A stretch of DNA of 64,000 nt, taken from assembly GCA_951406725.2 (NCBI GenBank), contig OX597821.1, positions 47,616,001 through 47,680,000 of the forward strand. The letters run 5' to 3'. Shown piece after piece: positions 37,971 to 50,747 of this stretch (the stretch's first letter is position 1; the number at the start of each line of letters is the position of its first letter). The translations under genes and the position numbers were made by a program. Source of the DNA: Octopus vulgaris (lineage: Eukaryota). A model generated the notes under the pieces. The model saw only the letters and a program-made list of their open reading frames with translations. It had not been told where the DNA came from and searched no databases.

Positions 37971-38159
37971 ATATATATATATATATGTATATATAACCTG
38001 GTATATGCTTGACCTAACTGTAACAAACGAGATAGACCACCTACCATTACCTCAGTATTCAAAAAGACTCACTGTGAACACTAGTACAGCTGGGCTAAAC
38101 CAGACCTCTCAGATGCTGTCTTAGATACTGAGCTGTGGAGAGAAAATTCTATAATAAAT

Positions 38160-39065
38160 GGAACTGTTAAACCCTGTTTACTCCACTCACACTATTGTAA
38201 ACCTATGGCTAATCCGCTGGTAATCTGTAGTGACTCACCGATGTCAAGTTCTACCAAAATCAACATCCTCGTGGCAGACTTAGAGTAATGAGGAACATAT
38301 CCCCACTATACCAACCACAAGAACAACAATACGTCCAGCACTACATATTCCAAATGCAACGCTCTGGATACACACAGTACGATAGGATCAGAGTCTACAA
38401 AGGAGCGAAAACAAGATTTGAACGCATTCTAAGAGATGACGAAAACGGTATATGCCCCCTATACCACAACAAGTTCTAGAATTGGTTGGAGAAGGACACT
38501 AACAAAAGAAATAAAAGCAATACTTGATGTAATAACAAGAAGTTTCACAGTGTAATGTTTGTTGACACTACACCTAGGAACGAATTAAGTAGGGCATTTA
38601 AGAAAATCCTGCACACAAATGGCCATAAGATAAAAGTTGTAGAAAAGACAGGTAGGACTATCAAATCTGTATTAAGTAAATTATACCCATTTCATAGAAC
38701 CATGTGTCAGAATAATTGTGCAGCATTTTCTACAACCCCACATATGAACGGCAAAAAGAAAAACACTGTATATTAGATTAAGCGCTAAGAAGGGACTTGT
38801 GCGATTATCCCAGAGTCATATATTAGTGAGACTTCTAGGAGCATCAGTGATAGGTTCAAAGAACCTCTGGACAACTAGGCTGAAAAAAACCAAACTCCAT
38901 CTTCTATCAGTATGCTGTAGACTGCCACAATGGATCCTCAGGGAGACTTAGGTTAGACATTTTATCTACACATCTCACTGATGCAATGCTGAGACAAGTC
39001 ACTGAAGCTGTCTGTATACAGGAATACAAACCCTCCCTCAACCATAAATCCAAATGGGGTAACAC
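38160..39065 (+). mobile_element. Penelope-like element C-terminal half (Naiad-like), decayed
   Basis: KPMANPLV..S.M....KINIL, SGY....R, SVMFVDTTP..EL...IKVVEKTGRTIKSVL, TVY*IK, YISETSRS..DRFKE, DAMLRQVTEAVCIQEYKPSLNHKSKWG. Confidence 0.8.
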
Positions 39066-39882
39066 TCAGATTCCACTCAGGAGTACCCATCTATAACCAC
39101 CCCTTTCTCTCATTTACATGTAGAAATCCATACATACATGTTGAGATGCATGATGCTGAAATGCATATATGTAGTTATATATAATCATATGAGTGTACAT
39201 AGATTAAAACGTATGTACATATGTGTAGATGTATGTGTATGCATGTGTGTGTGTGTGTGTTGTGTATTGTGTGAGTATATGTGTGTGTATGAGTGTGTAC
39301 ATGCATGCACATAGAAATATGTGTGTAGATATATGTGTATATTATATATGTATATATGTGTGTGCACATATATATGTAAGTAAATAAAATAAAAAAATAA
39401 AAATAAAAGACAAACAAAAAACTTTGAATTTCACTGTGAAAATAGTGACCTATATATGTGTATACTTTAAGATTATACGTATATATGTGAATGTGTATGA
39501 TTGTGATTATATGATTATGTCTGCTTGTACATATATATAGGTAGGTTTATATTTGCATGTATGTATCTAAGACATTGTATCCATTCACCATTAGATGGTA
39601 GTGCAAGGGACATATGCACACACACATAGGTGTGTTTGTGTGTGTGTATACAATCTTCGACAGAATAACAGTCATGTACACAACTTGAACAGACACACAT
39701 ATCAGTACATAAACATGTACGTACACATGTACACACACACACAGAAACATCTACAAACTTACATACCTAAATACTTACGTACATACATAGGTACATAAGT
39801 TCATACATACATGCATACACACATACTTACATGTACACATACATACATACGTACATACATACATACATGCATACATACATAA

Positions 39883-39916
<34 letters not shown>

Positions 39917-40974
39917 CATACATACATACATACATACATACATACATACATGCATGCATACAGACATAAGTGCATATATATCATGAACTGTTACTTTCTC
40001 AGATGCAGTGCGAAATTTAGTCAGTGAACAGATCTCAGTCTCAAAGCGACGAAAATATTTTGGCAAATTAAATTTAAATGTTGAAGTGAATGTAATGGTT
40101 TTTAGTGGTGTTGGTGTGTTTACATCCCTGTAGCTTAGCAGTTTGGTAAAAGCGACCAGTAAAATAAGTATCAGGTTTAACAAAAAGAAAATAAGTGTTA
40201 GGGTCAACTTGTTCAACTAAAAATTCTTCAAGATTGTTCCCCAGCATGGCTACAGTCTAATGGCAGACAAGTAAAAGAATAAAAGAATATATATATAAAT
40301 ATATAATAAAGAGAGAAATAGACCTAGATATGTGTCCATCACTTCTCCTCCCCCAAACTGACATTCACTGTATCCACCTTAATCCTAATCTTGAATTATC
40401 TGACACAATTTTCCCTCTGATGCACTTACCTATCCACACATCTTTCCTGTTTCTCTGCCCCTCTTCTCTCTCTCCTTTCAACCTTCAGGTTATGTCTGCA
40501 CCATTTCACATTCTTTTCCCAGTTGGTGAAGCTATCTATTCACCTCTTCAGCAAGAGTCTTGTTCTATTCCCTCAATTATACTTTCATGTCTTTCTAAAC
40601 TATACCCCACTCAGTTAAGGGGTTTTGCCTTGCAAGAAATTGGTAACCTCAATAGTGCTGTTGCCACAAAAAAGCAAAACAAAAACAAACACTCAGTAAC
40701 ACACTGTAAAGTTGTTAGCATTAAGAGATTCATCTAGTTGTAGAAAGTATGCCAAGCAGACACTGGCGGTTAGTGCAGTCTCCTCGCTCATCAGTTCCTG
40801 CTAAGCCAGCCAACCCATGCCAGCATGGAAAACAGGATGTTAAACAAGGATAATGATGACACGAGGGAAGAGAAAAATCTTGTTATCAGTGCTTTCTCTA
40901 ATATAAATATATTTGAGTTTCATAAGATATGCAAAACATCTATTACATGAGCATGTAGCTCAGTTGTGCATGCA

Positions 40975-41023
<49 letters not shown>

Positions 41024-41571
41024 ATGTGCATCCATCTGTCTCCTGTAAGCTGGTAAGATAATATTCTTCTGCCATATCAATATCAATCTATTTGACACAC
41101 GTATCACAATCTGGGATGAACTTGAGATGTTTGGACTAATCAGTTTACAGCTGCTTGTGACCAGTATCCTTTATAAAAGGGACCTCATATCAAATTCAAT
41201 GATGATCAGTATTCCAATGGAATTGTTGAGTCATTGCATTATTCTATATAAGTGGCTGCATATTCCACACACACACTTGTAGCCTTAATGTTATACTCAG
41301 AGGCTATCAATGTGATAACAAAAGTCAGTTTTTAAAAATTATAGATACAACACACAAGCTCACACATACACATGTGCACGTGCACACACACACACACACA
41401 CACACATACACACAATACATCTTCCAGTTTCTATACACTAAATCTACTTAGAAGGCTTTGGTTGACCTGTGTCTACAGTAAAAGATATTTGTGCATGGTG
41501 GAACTGAACCTAAAACCAAGTAGTTGGATAGCAAACTTTGTGTGTATGTGTATAAAATATATATGTGTGAA

Positions 41572-41619
<48 letters not shown>

Positions 41620-41769
41620 AACATATAGATATATACATATACATATATATATGTATATGTATATACATATATATATATATATATATATGTATATGTATAT
41701 ATATATATACATATATATATATGTATGTATGTATTTATGTATGTATATATATATATGTATGTATATAAA

Positions 41770-41996
41770 GGCGGCAAGCTGGCAGAACCATTAGCACGCC
41801 AGGCGAAATGTGTAGCTGTATTTTGTCTGCCGTTACGTTCTGAATTCAAATTCTGCGGAGTTCGACTTTGCCTTTCATCGTTTCGGGGTTGATAAATTAA
41901 GTACCAGTTATGCACTGGGGTCGATGTAATCGACTTAATTCGTTTGTCTGTACTTGTTTGTCCCCTCTATGTTTAGCCCCTTGTGGGTAATAAAGA
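41770..41996 (+). mobile_element. SINE family C, full length (Meta/MESC-like core)
   Basis: ggcggcaagctggcagaaccattagc head, gaattcaaattc box, ttcgactttgcctttcatcgtttcggggttgataaattaagtaccag core. Confidence 0.88.
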
Positions 41997-42010
41997 AGCA
42001 TATATATACA

Positions 42011-42110
42011 CTAGCAGTGGTCTGCTCTTAGGAAGGTTCTGTGTATGTGAACCTTCACCAGCACTCTCTATACGACCTGAGAGGGTCGTATAGAGAGTCC
42101 CACTGTTTAG
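42011..42110. other. Compact three-stem palindromic element
   Basis: Outer stem cagtgg/ccactg (42015-20 / 42100-05), hairpin gaaggttc/gaaccttc, and 15-bp hairpin actctctatacgacc/ggtcgtatagagagt. Confidence 0.7.
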
Positions 42111-42142
42111 TAGATTAGTAGAACTCCAGCTGTTATGACTAC

Positions 42143-42369
42143 ACTTACTCTTTTACTCTTTTACTTGTTTCAGTCATTTGACTGTGGCCATGCTGGAGCA
42201 CCGCCTTTAATCGAGCAACTCAACCCCAGGACTTATTCTTTTTGTAAGCCCAGTACTTATTCTATCGGTCTCTTTTTACCGAACCGCTAAGTAACGGGGG
42301 ACATAAACACACCAGCATCGGTTGTCAAGCAATGCTAGGGGAACAAACACAGGCACACAACCCCCCCCC

Positions 42370-42404
<35 letters not shown>

Positions 42405-42574
42405 ATAGATACGACAGGCTTCTTTCAGTTTCCGCCTACCAAATCCACTCACAAGGCATTGGTCGGCCCGGGGCTATAGCAGAAGACACTTGCCCAAGAT
42501 GCCACGCAGTGGGACTGAACCTGGAACCATGTGGTTGGTTAGCAAGCTACTTACCACACAGCCACTCCTGTGCC
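42143..42574 (-). mobile_element. SINE family A, full length
   Basis: Reverse complement of 1629-2038. Confidence 0.9.
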
Positions 42575-42857
42575 TATACACTTGGTATAAATACTGGAGT
42601 GATTTCCTGTTGCTTTATTCAGGCAGGCAGGATCTGAACTCAAACTGTAGAGAACAAGAAGATATATGGTTAAACATTTTGACCAAAATGCCAATGATTC
42701 TGGTACTCTCCTACTCGTCCATGCAGAGCAATGTGAAATAAAGTTTTTTGTTCAAAAACACAATGCACTGCCTGGTCTGGGAATCAATCTCAAAGTCGGT
42801 AGATCATGAGTGCAACACCCTAACCACTAAGTTACATGCCTTCACTACACACACACA

Positions 42858-43030
42858 TTTAAAAGAAGAATAAAATGGACATTGGGAGATTAATAATCGT
42901 TTATTATTAACAGCAAATTAGTCATCTTCACTTACAGCTGTTTCTATTAATACTCTGTAAATATTAAATTTACAAGAAACAGATGTAAGTTAAGATGTTA
43001 ACAATATACAATTTTCTTCTTCTTTTAAAT
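42858..43030. repeat. Imperfect ~170-bp palindrome of PLE-like termini
   Basis: tttaaaagaagaa.../...ttcttcttttaaa ends, with inner catcttcacttacagctgtttct / agaaacagatgtaagttaagatg. Confidence 0.6.
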
Positions 43031-43061
43031 GGATATAAACTATATATATATATATATATAT

Positions 43062-43211
43062 GGGCCACGCTTCGCGGTCCGTATTCGTACTGAAAATCAA
43101 GATCAAGCGAGCTTTTGCCCTTCTGCTCCACGGGAGGTTTCTGTCCTCCCTGAGCTCGCCTTAGGACACCTGCGTTACCGTTTGACAGGTGTACCGCCCC
43201 AGTCAAACTCC
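43062..43211 (-). rRNA. 28S rRNA fragment (domain V, ~150 bp), dispersed non-functional copy
   Basis: Minus strand ggagtttgactggggcggtacacctgtcaaacggtaacgcaggtgtcctaaggcgagctcagggaggacagaaacctcccgtggagcagaagggcaaaagctcgcttgatcttgattttcagtacgaatac is the conserved eukaryotic LSU sequence. Confidence 0.95.
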
Positions 43212-43469
43212 TCGACTAAGGGTTGCACATCGGCTGCGTCGGTGCCCGCAAAGGCACTTGACATGCACCGCGCGCTTCGCACCAGATAATAAACCACCGC
43301 TCAGCGATGGCCCGATCCCTTCTCCATCGAGAAGAGGCAGTTTTTCATTGTCGCAAACGTGCACGACACCCCAACGTCGAAACCGACTGGCCGACGACAC
43401 GACGCGAGCGCACCGAGACCGCTGCCGCAAGAAATGATGACGGCCAAAAGAGCACCACGCGCGCCGCCG

Positions 43470-43514
<45 letters not shown>

Positions 43515-43518
<4 letters not shown>

Positions 43519-44120
43519 TTCTGATGAATAAGTGTCCAGACTATTGCCATGGTAATGAAGCTAAAGCACACAATGTAAAGCTTCTTGGCAAAGATTGACC
43601 TTGAACTCTGCTGAGCATGTGCATTAAGATTTGATGTTCTAGCTCATTTCTGCTGTTTACAGCAGTGCTTGGAAGAAAGATGTGTAGTCTGTTATTGTTG
43701 TATTGACGATGACAGAGAAAGTTGTCATGGCAATATCTGCTCAGAGGCCTATGCAAAATTGCAGAAAATGTATGGAGAGGATTGTATAAGCCATGTACAA
43801 GTGTAAGAGTGATTCAGGCATTTTCAAGATGGCTGAAAAAACGTCAATATTGACGAACATTCTGAGAGACCTGCAACCAGCAACCAGCAGAACTGGGGAA
43901 AACATCGCAGATGTGCATGCAGTTTTGAGGGGAAATCGTCAAATCACTATCTGAGAGTTATTAGAGAATGTGCAGATTAAGTATGGTTCAGTTCAGTCCA
44001 TAATTACTGCAGATTTAGGTAAGAGACATGTATCTACCAAATTTGTGCCAAAACTGCTTTTAGCTGACCAAAATCACACTTGGGTTTTAGTTGCACGAGA
44101 TTTCCTTGATTGTGTTGAGA
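43515..44120 (+). mobile_element. mariner 5' portion
   Basis: TA-tgagttctgatgaataagtgtccagac TIR. Transposase N-terminus up to TKFVPKLL. Confidence 0.8.
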
Positions 44121-44124
44121 ACCC

Positions 44125-44350
44125 TCTCTCTTTTACTCTTTTACTTGTTTCAGTCATTTGACTGTGGCCATGTTGGAGCACCACCTTTATTCGAGCAAAT
44201 CGACTCCAGGACTTATTCTTTCTAAGCCTAGTACTTATTCTATCAGTCTCTTTTGCCAAACCGCTAAGTTATGGGGATGTAAACACACCAGCATCGGTTG
44301 CCAAGTGATGGAGGGAGACAGACACAGACACACAAATATATACACACACA
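44125..44350 (-). mobile_element. SINE family A 3' half
   Basis: ttttactcttttacttgtttcagtcatttgactgtggccatg, as at 42150. Confidence 0.85.
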
Positions 44351-44359
44351 TGAAACAAT

Positions 44360-44646
44360 GAAAAAGTTTTGAAAGCTTTGTGTAGGTCTCTGAGCAGGTA
44401 TCACCAAGACTTTGGCAAAATTTGATGCAGATTCTCTGCTCAACTTTCTCTGTCACAGTCAATGCGATGATCACATGCTACACATGTTCCTTCCAAGCTG
44501 TGCTGTAAACAGAAGTAAGCTAGAATGTTAAAACTTAGTGCAGTGCACAGCAGAGTTCAAGGTCAATCTGTGCTAAGCAACTTTACTTTGCATGCCTTAG
44601 CTTAGGTTCGTTACTACAGTAACAATCCGGATACTTATTGATCACG
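44360..44646 (-). mobile_element. mariner 5' portion, same family as 43515, opposite orientation
   Basis: Minus strand TA-cgtgatcaataagtatccggat..., gattgaccttgaactctgctg shared, TEKVEQRICIKFCQSLG. Confidence 0.8.
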
Positions 44647-44680
<34 letters not shown>

Positions 44681-44818
44681 CACATACAGATAGTGTTTAG
44701 ATAAACAAAGGCATAAGTTTCTTTCTGTGTATATATATGTCATCATCATCATTCTATGATAGTGATATATATATATATATGAACCCGTGCTAGCGTGGAA
44801 AACGGATGTTAAACGATG

Positions 44819-44878
<60 letters not shown>

Positions 44879-44896
44879 GCATTTCTTTATGTAAAC

Positions 44897-45188
44897 CAGT
44901 AGTTTTCAAACATTTTTTACCTCTGGACCCCTTTAATTCATCTTTTACTTGGGTGGACCCTTATAGTGACTTGATAGTTAAAAAATTCTGTTTTATCTTT
45001 ATAATTAAATGCCATGAGGAAGTATATATAAAAAAAATTGTTAAAATATTTAGTGCTTTGTAGAAATATAATCCAATTATTGCACATAAATTTTTAACAG
45101 CAAAACCTTATATGGACCCCTAAGGGTTATATGCCCCCTCCACTCCAAGGTTTATAATGGTCATATAGACCCTGGTTGTGAAGCACAG
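44897..45188. mobile_element. hAT (Charlie-like) MITE
   Basis: Imperfect TIR cagtagttttcaa / ttgtgaagcacag. 8-bp TSD atgtaaac / atctaaac. Confidence 0.7.
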
Positions 45189-45220
45189 ATCTAAACAGTA
45201 TCTGTGTATGTATTTATGTC

Positions 45221-45281
<61 letters not shown>

Positions 45282-45319
45282 CTCTCTCTCTCTCTCTCTC
45301 TCTTCTATTTTTTAATTAT

Positions 45320-46250
45320 TATAAATCTGTCACTGAGGAAGGGGCCAGTTTCCAACAAAGATACAAGGCTCCATCTATGGGATGTAGTTAACACAAGCAA
45401 ATTCACATTTGTATAGGAGATCATCAGGAAGAGAGTGTTTCTTGAGGAGTTCACTGCCAACTCGTACAATGTTGCTCACTTCACTTTTCAGGACTGCATT
45501 AATATGCTTATTTTTGCTACTGTTGTTTAGCAGGTGCTACCTGAGTCATACCATTCAGCATTCGAAGGCTGTCTGCACTGATCTCACGCCTCTACCACCT
45601 TCATTTCTTCTTAGCTAGAGCCTGTCAACGTCAATGTTTTTGTGGAAGTTCCCAGTTGTTGTCAGGATTTTGCAGGTTTTGATATCTATGGAGTGGATTT
45701 CTTCAACAGACCAATCAAATATCCCAAATGTTGGGATAGGCACTGGTACAACAAATGCATTGTGGGATATTGTTTTGTTGTAAGAGGAGAGTTCCAACTG
45801 TCATATTTTCCTAAGTCTTGTGTAATATTCTCAGGTCACACTATCTTCATTCACAGTGCCTTCGTATGATACATTTTCGTCTGTGCCTAGGTACTTGTAA
45901 CATTCTTTGTGTGGAATGGGGGAGATAAAGAGAGCGTTGATGCACAGGTTTGGGATTTGGGGGACTGACTTTCCTTGTTCTATAACCAAATATGAACATT
46001 TCTTTTGGCCAAATTCAGCTGAAAATGTTATTACTTCCAGTTGTTTTTTGGAATTGTTAACACTTTTAGCATAAATCTTCAGGTCGTCTACAGAGAAATT
46101 ACAAGTTACATTGATATTTGTGGCAGTTCAAGATCCTAGCAATTAACCATAATAGATTCAGTGCCAAAATGAAAAGAAGTACAGAAAGACTATCTCTGAA
46201 ATATTCCCTTTGTAATGCCTGTACTACTGTATCACCAGAGATCTCAGTCA
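45320..46250 (-). mobile_element. R4/Dong-type LINE reverse-transcriptase remnant
   Basis: DSLSVLLFILALN, VDDLKIYAK, FGQKKC, YKYLG, NKTISHNAFVVPV, IDIKTCKILT..GNFH...DVDRL*LRRNEGGRG. Confidence 0.85.
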
Positions 46251-46772
46251 ACTCTGACAAACTTACATTTCAGCAAGAGAACCTACATTATGGCAGGACC
46301 AAACTCTTACCATCCTTAAATACTGAGATTCAGCTGAAATAAGGTAATGGCAGTGCCCCAGCATGGTCAGAACCAGATGGCTGATAACAGTAAAAGGAAA
46401 TGATATGCATAGATTCTAAATTTATGTGTGAAATAACACATACATGCACTAGTATTAATAGACACATATATATGCACAGAAACAGAGCTGAATGAAAAGA
46501 CCTTAAGTTGAGGTCAAACTGAAAAGAAAAAGACCATTTCTTCCTGTTTTAGAGATTACAATAGAAACCAGCAGCCAGTCAGTTCAATGCTGTTCTTGTA
46601 GTCATCTGATAGAGAGAAGGTGGTGAACAATACAGTTAAACGAATTCAATAAGAAGACAATTTTGAGAAAATGTTTAGGAGCGAAAAACGAACTTCACTT
46701 ATGTGTCTGTGTGTGTCTGTGTATGTGTAAGTGTGTGTATATATATATACATGTACATACACATACATATAT

Positions 46773-46814
<42 letters not shown>

Positions 46815-47270
46815 CATACATACACACATATATCTATATATACATACATATATATATACATATACATATATATATACACATATACATATATATATATATA
46901 TATTCATATATATATTTATATATATATATATATATATATATACATGCATATATGTATGTACGTGTATACATATGTATTATATGCAAAATTAATTAGTTTA
47001 TGGTGGAAAATAAGACAAAAAGAGAATCTCCAAGAATTTAAGAGGAAAATGACAAAATACAAATGTATTGAGATTGAAGGAATTGACAATAAGCAAATTA
47101 GTTTTGTGAACAAAACAATTGAAATGAGATAGGTGGCAAAATATAAAAGATGGAATCTATAGAATCTTCGAAGGTTTATGCTTAGTTGATTTGGCTGTTT
47201 ACAATAGTAAGTGCTGAAAATTCATCTATGTGAAACCCGCAGTAAATATAGCTGAAATTTTGAAACGTAT

Positions 47271-47279
47271 GTTTGTCTG

Positions 47280-47350
<71 letters not shown>

Positions 47351-47395
47351 GTCTTTCTGTCTGTCTGTCTGTCTATCTATCTATCCGTCTGTCTG

Positions 47396-47454
<59 letters not shown>

Positions 47455-47459
47455 GTCTT

Positions 47460-47493
<34 letters not shown>

Positions 47494-47582
47494 CGTCTGT
47501 CTGTCTATCTGTCTATCTGTCTGTCTATCTATATATCTCTCTATATCGATCTGTCTGTCAGTCTGTTTGTCTATCTGTCTAT
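47271..47582. repeat. (TCTA)/(TCTG)n compound microsatellite
   Basis: Direct reading. Confidence 0.95.
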
Positions 47583-47777
47583 CTCTCACTCTCACTCTCT
47601 TTATATAAATATACAAACATATATATTCATATGTTTAAATGTATTTACATACATATATAGTGGCATACACACACACATACACGTATATATGTATGTATTT
47701 ACTTATATACAAGTATCAAAATATATATGTACATATATATTCATATACCTGTTACCTATGTATGTGTGCATACACAG

Positions 47778-49659
47778 ACCTAGTCAAAGATAAACCTCTG
47801 TACCTGGCTTTCGTTGACATGGAGAAAGCCTTTGACAGGGTCCCCCGATCCCTTATCTGGTGGTCAATGAGGAAACTAGGGATAGATGAATGGTTAGTGA
47901 GAGCTGTGCAAGCCATGTACAGGGATGCTGTCAGTAAGGTGAGAGTTGGCAACGAGTATGGTGAAGAATTCTGTGCAGAGGTAGGGGTCCACCAAGGTTC
48001 TGTCCTCAGCCCCCTCTTATTTATCATAGTCCTCCGGGCAATAACAGAGGAATTCAAGACAGCATGCCTCTGGGAGCTCTTCTATGCTGATGACCTTGCT
48101 GTAATTGCCGAGTCTCTATCAGAACTAGAGGAAAAGTTTCAGGTGTGGAAGCAAGGATTAGAATCGAAGGGCCTTAGAGTCAACCTAGCTAAAACCAAAG
48201 TCTTAATAAGTAGGGAGGCAGATAAACCACAAATCCCCTCAGGTAGATGGCCCTGCTCAATCTATAGAAAAGGCATTGGTAGAAACTCTATAAGATGTAT
48301 CCAGTGTAAGCTATAGACACATAAGAGGTGCAGCAATATCAAAGTAAGACTAACTGGGAAGATAGTTTTTGTATGTGGCAGATGCTCAGGTGCTATAAAC
48401 ACTGCAAATGTGCAGAGAACAGCTTCTGTCGCATTCCAGGGAGAAAAACTACAAGTAGTTGATAGCTTCCATTACTTAGGGGACCAAGTCAGTAGCAGGG
48501 GTGGATGCTCTGAAAGTATAGCTGCTAGAATAAGAATAGCCTGGGCAAAATTCAGAGAGCTCCTACATCTGCTGGTGACAAAGAGCCTCTCGCTGAGACT
48601 AAAATGTAGACTGAATGACACATGTGTGTGAACTGCCATGCTACATGGCAGTGAAACATGGGCTGTGACTGCTGAGGATATGTGTAAGCTTGCAAGAAAT
48701 GAAGCCAGTATGATCCAATAGATGTGTAATGTCAGTGTGCATACCCAACAGAGTGTAAGCACCCTGAGAGAAAAGTTGGATTTAAAAAGCATCAAATGTG
48801 GTGTGCAAGAGAGATGACTGAGCTTGTATGGTCATGTATTGTGAATGAATGAGGACAGCTGTGTGAAAAAGTGTCACACCCTAGAAGTTGAGGGAACTTG
48901 TAGAAGAGATAGACCCAGAGAAACCTGGGATGAGTGGTGAAGCATGACCTTTGAACATTGGGCCTTACCAAGGCAATGACTAGTGACCGGGACCTTTGGA
49001 GATATGCTGTGCTTGAGAAAACCTGACAAGCCAAGTGAGATCATAGCCCATGGCCTATGCCAGTGGGTGTAACCAGCACATTTATGAATATCCCTCATTC
49101 ATTGGACAATAAACCTTGCTTGTGAAGACCTATTGAGGCAAGTAAAATCAAAATCAAAATTGCTGACGTGGTCAATGACAGTACTGCCTGATTGAGGTGT
49201 AACCAGGCCACTTATGAGTACCCCTCATTCATTGGACAATGAACTTTGCTTGCTAAGACCTATTGAGGAAAGTGTAAACAAACCAAAATCGCTGACATGG
49301 CCGATAACAGTACTGTCTGATTGGCACATATGCCAGTGGAACGTTAAAAGCACATCCAAGCATGACTGTTGCCAGGGCCATGGATTGGCTCTCATGCAGG
49401 TAACACGTAAAAACACCTTTTGAGCGTAAGCGAGTGTGGTTGTTGTCAGAACCACCTGACTGGTCCTCATGCCGATGGAACGTAAAAAGCACCCACTACA
49501 CTCACGGAGTAGTTGGCATTAGGAAGGGCATCCAGCTGTAGAAACTATACCAGACCAGATTGAGCTTGGTGCAGCCTCTGGCTCACCAGTCCTCAGTCAA
49601 TCCATCCAACTCATGCCAGCATGGAAAGCGGACGTTAAACGATGATGATGATAATGATG
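47778..49659 (+). mobile_element. RTE-clade LINE, 5'-truncated; RT pseudogene with Cys/His-rich insert, 3' UTR and (ATG)n tail
   Basis: AFVDMEKAFDRVPR, GVHQGSVLSPLLF, YADDL, GLRVNLAKTK, FHYLGD, RIRIAWAKFREL, MLHGSETW. In-frame stops. Tail gacgttaaacgatgatgatg. Confidence 0.95.
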
Positions 49660-50667
49660 AAATCTCTGAGCGATATAGAAACAGTAGCAGCACTACATCG
49701 TTAAGTATATTTGCCACCTAAATGTGGCTGACCCATATTGGACAAAGCTACTGTAGTTTATAACCCCAGCAAGACATCTCTTTCAGCTGGCTATTGACAC
49801 CCTGTCTGTGCACTATCAGTATTTGAAAAGGGAAATCATCATTCCCATCCCTAGCACTGCTGTAAACAGTGGAAGTGCGCTAGAACGTTAAAACTTATTC
49901 ATATCTCAATTTAATTTGGATTATTTGTTCATCAATTTCATAATAAATTACTTTTGTGATTAGTTAAGATGTTTGTCTTGTGTTTGAAGAATCATGTAAA
50001 ATTCATACCCATGTACTTTGTTGCATATACTGTAGAATGGGCTATAACTCACATGCACAACAAAATATATATGAAAGAACACTAGAAAATAGTATCACCA
50101 ATTCTTCAATATACTAATTCCTACACCTGTTTCAATAATTCTTACATCATACAAACAGTGCATATTTCATAAGAACATTATTGACAAGGAGTCATTATAT
50201 AAAAGAACAAGGAAATTCAATTTATCATTAGTAAGAATTGGTGTGATGTATTTAGGCATTAGAGAATTGGAATATATTTGATTTTGTTTGGCATACAATA
50301 TTAAATGATATATATTTGTTGGGTATATATAATATTAACCTACATGACAGACTACAAGAAATCTAAGAAAGGAGGTTGTTATCATAGTCATTAAGCTAGA
50401 GTAAGAATATGACAAAGGAGGAGGAAGAGGTAGTGCCCTGGCTGGTATGAATGCTGGAAATTGTTGAAGAAATGGGTGAAGAATTTCCTGTTTATTTTTT
50501 GAAAAGGAAGGACTAATGTTGTGGAAAATTGCAAGGTCAGATCTCAGAATGCTGGCTTCCACAAATGAAATTAATGACGATGATTAGTGCAATGACAGAG
50601 CTATCCAACCCAACCAAGAGAAAATAATAGCAATGGATGCTATGCTAGTAGCACTGACTTTGATGGT

Positions 50668-50747
<80 letters not shown>

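Noticed and set aside
40002-40085. Plus-strand exon candidate (ttactttctcag|ATGCAGTGCG..., DAVRNLVSEQISVSKRRKYFGK)
   Set aside because: The acceptor is plausible but the donor is weak, there is no partner exon or homology, and it runs into a SINE.
43062-43211. Functional rDNA locus
   Set aside because: Only 150 bp of 28S is present, with no 18S/5.8S or remaining 28S, and it is flanked by microsatellite.
47639-48316. 225-aa RT ORF as an active retroelement or retron-like system
   Set aside because: It is a 5'-truncated RTE LINE with microsatellite-derived N-terminus and downstream in-frame stops.
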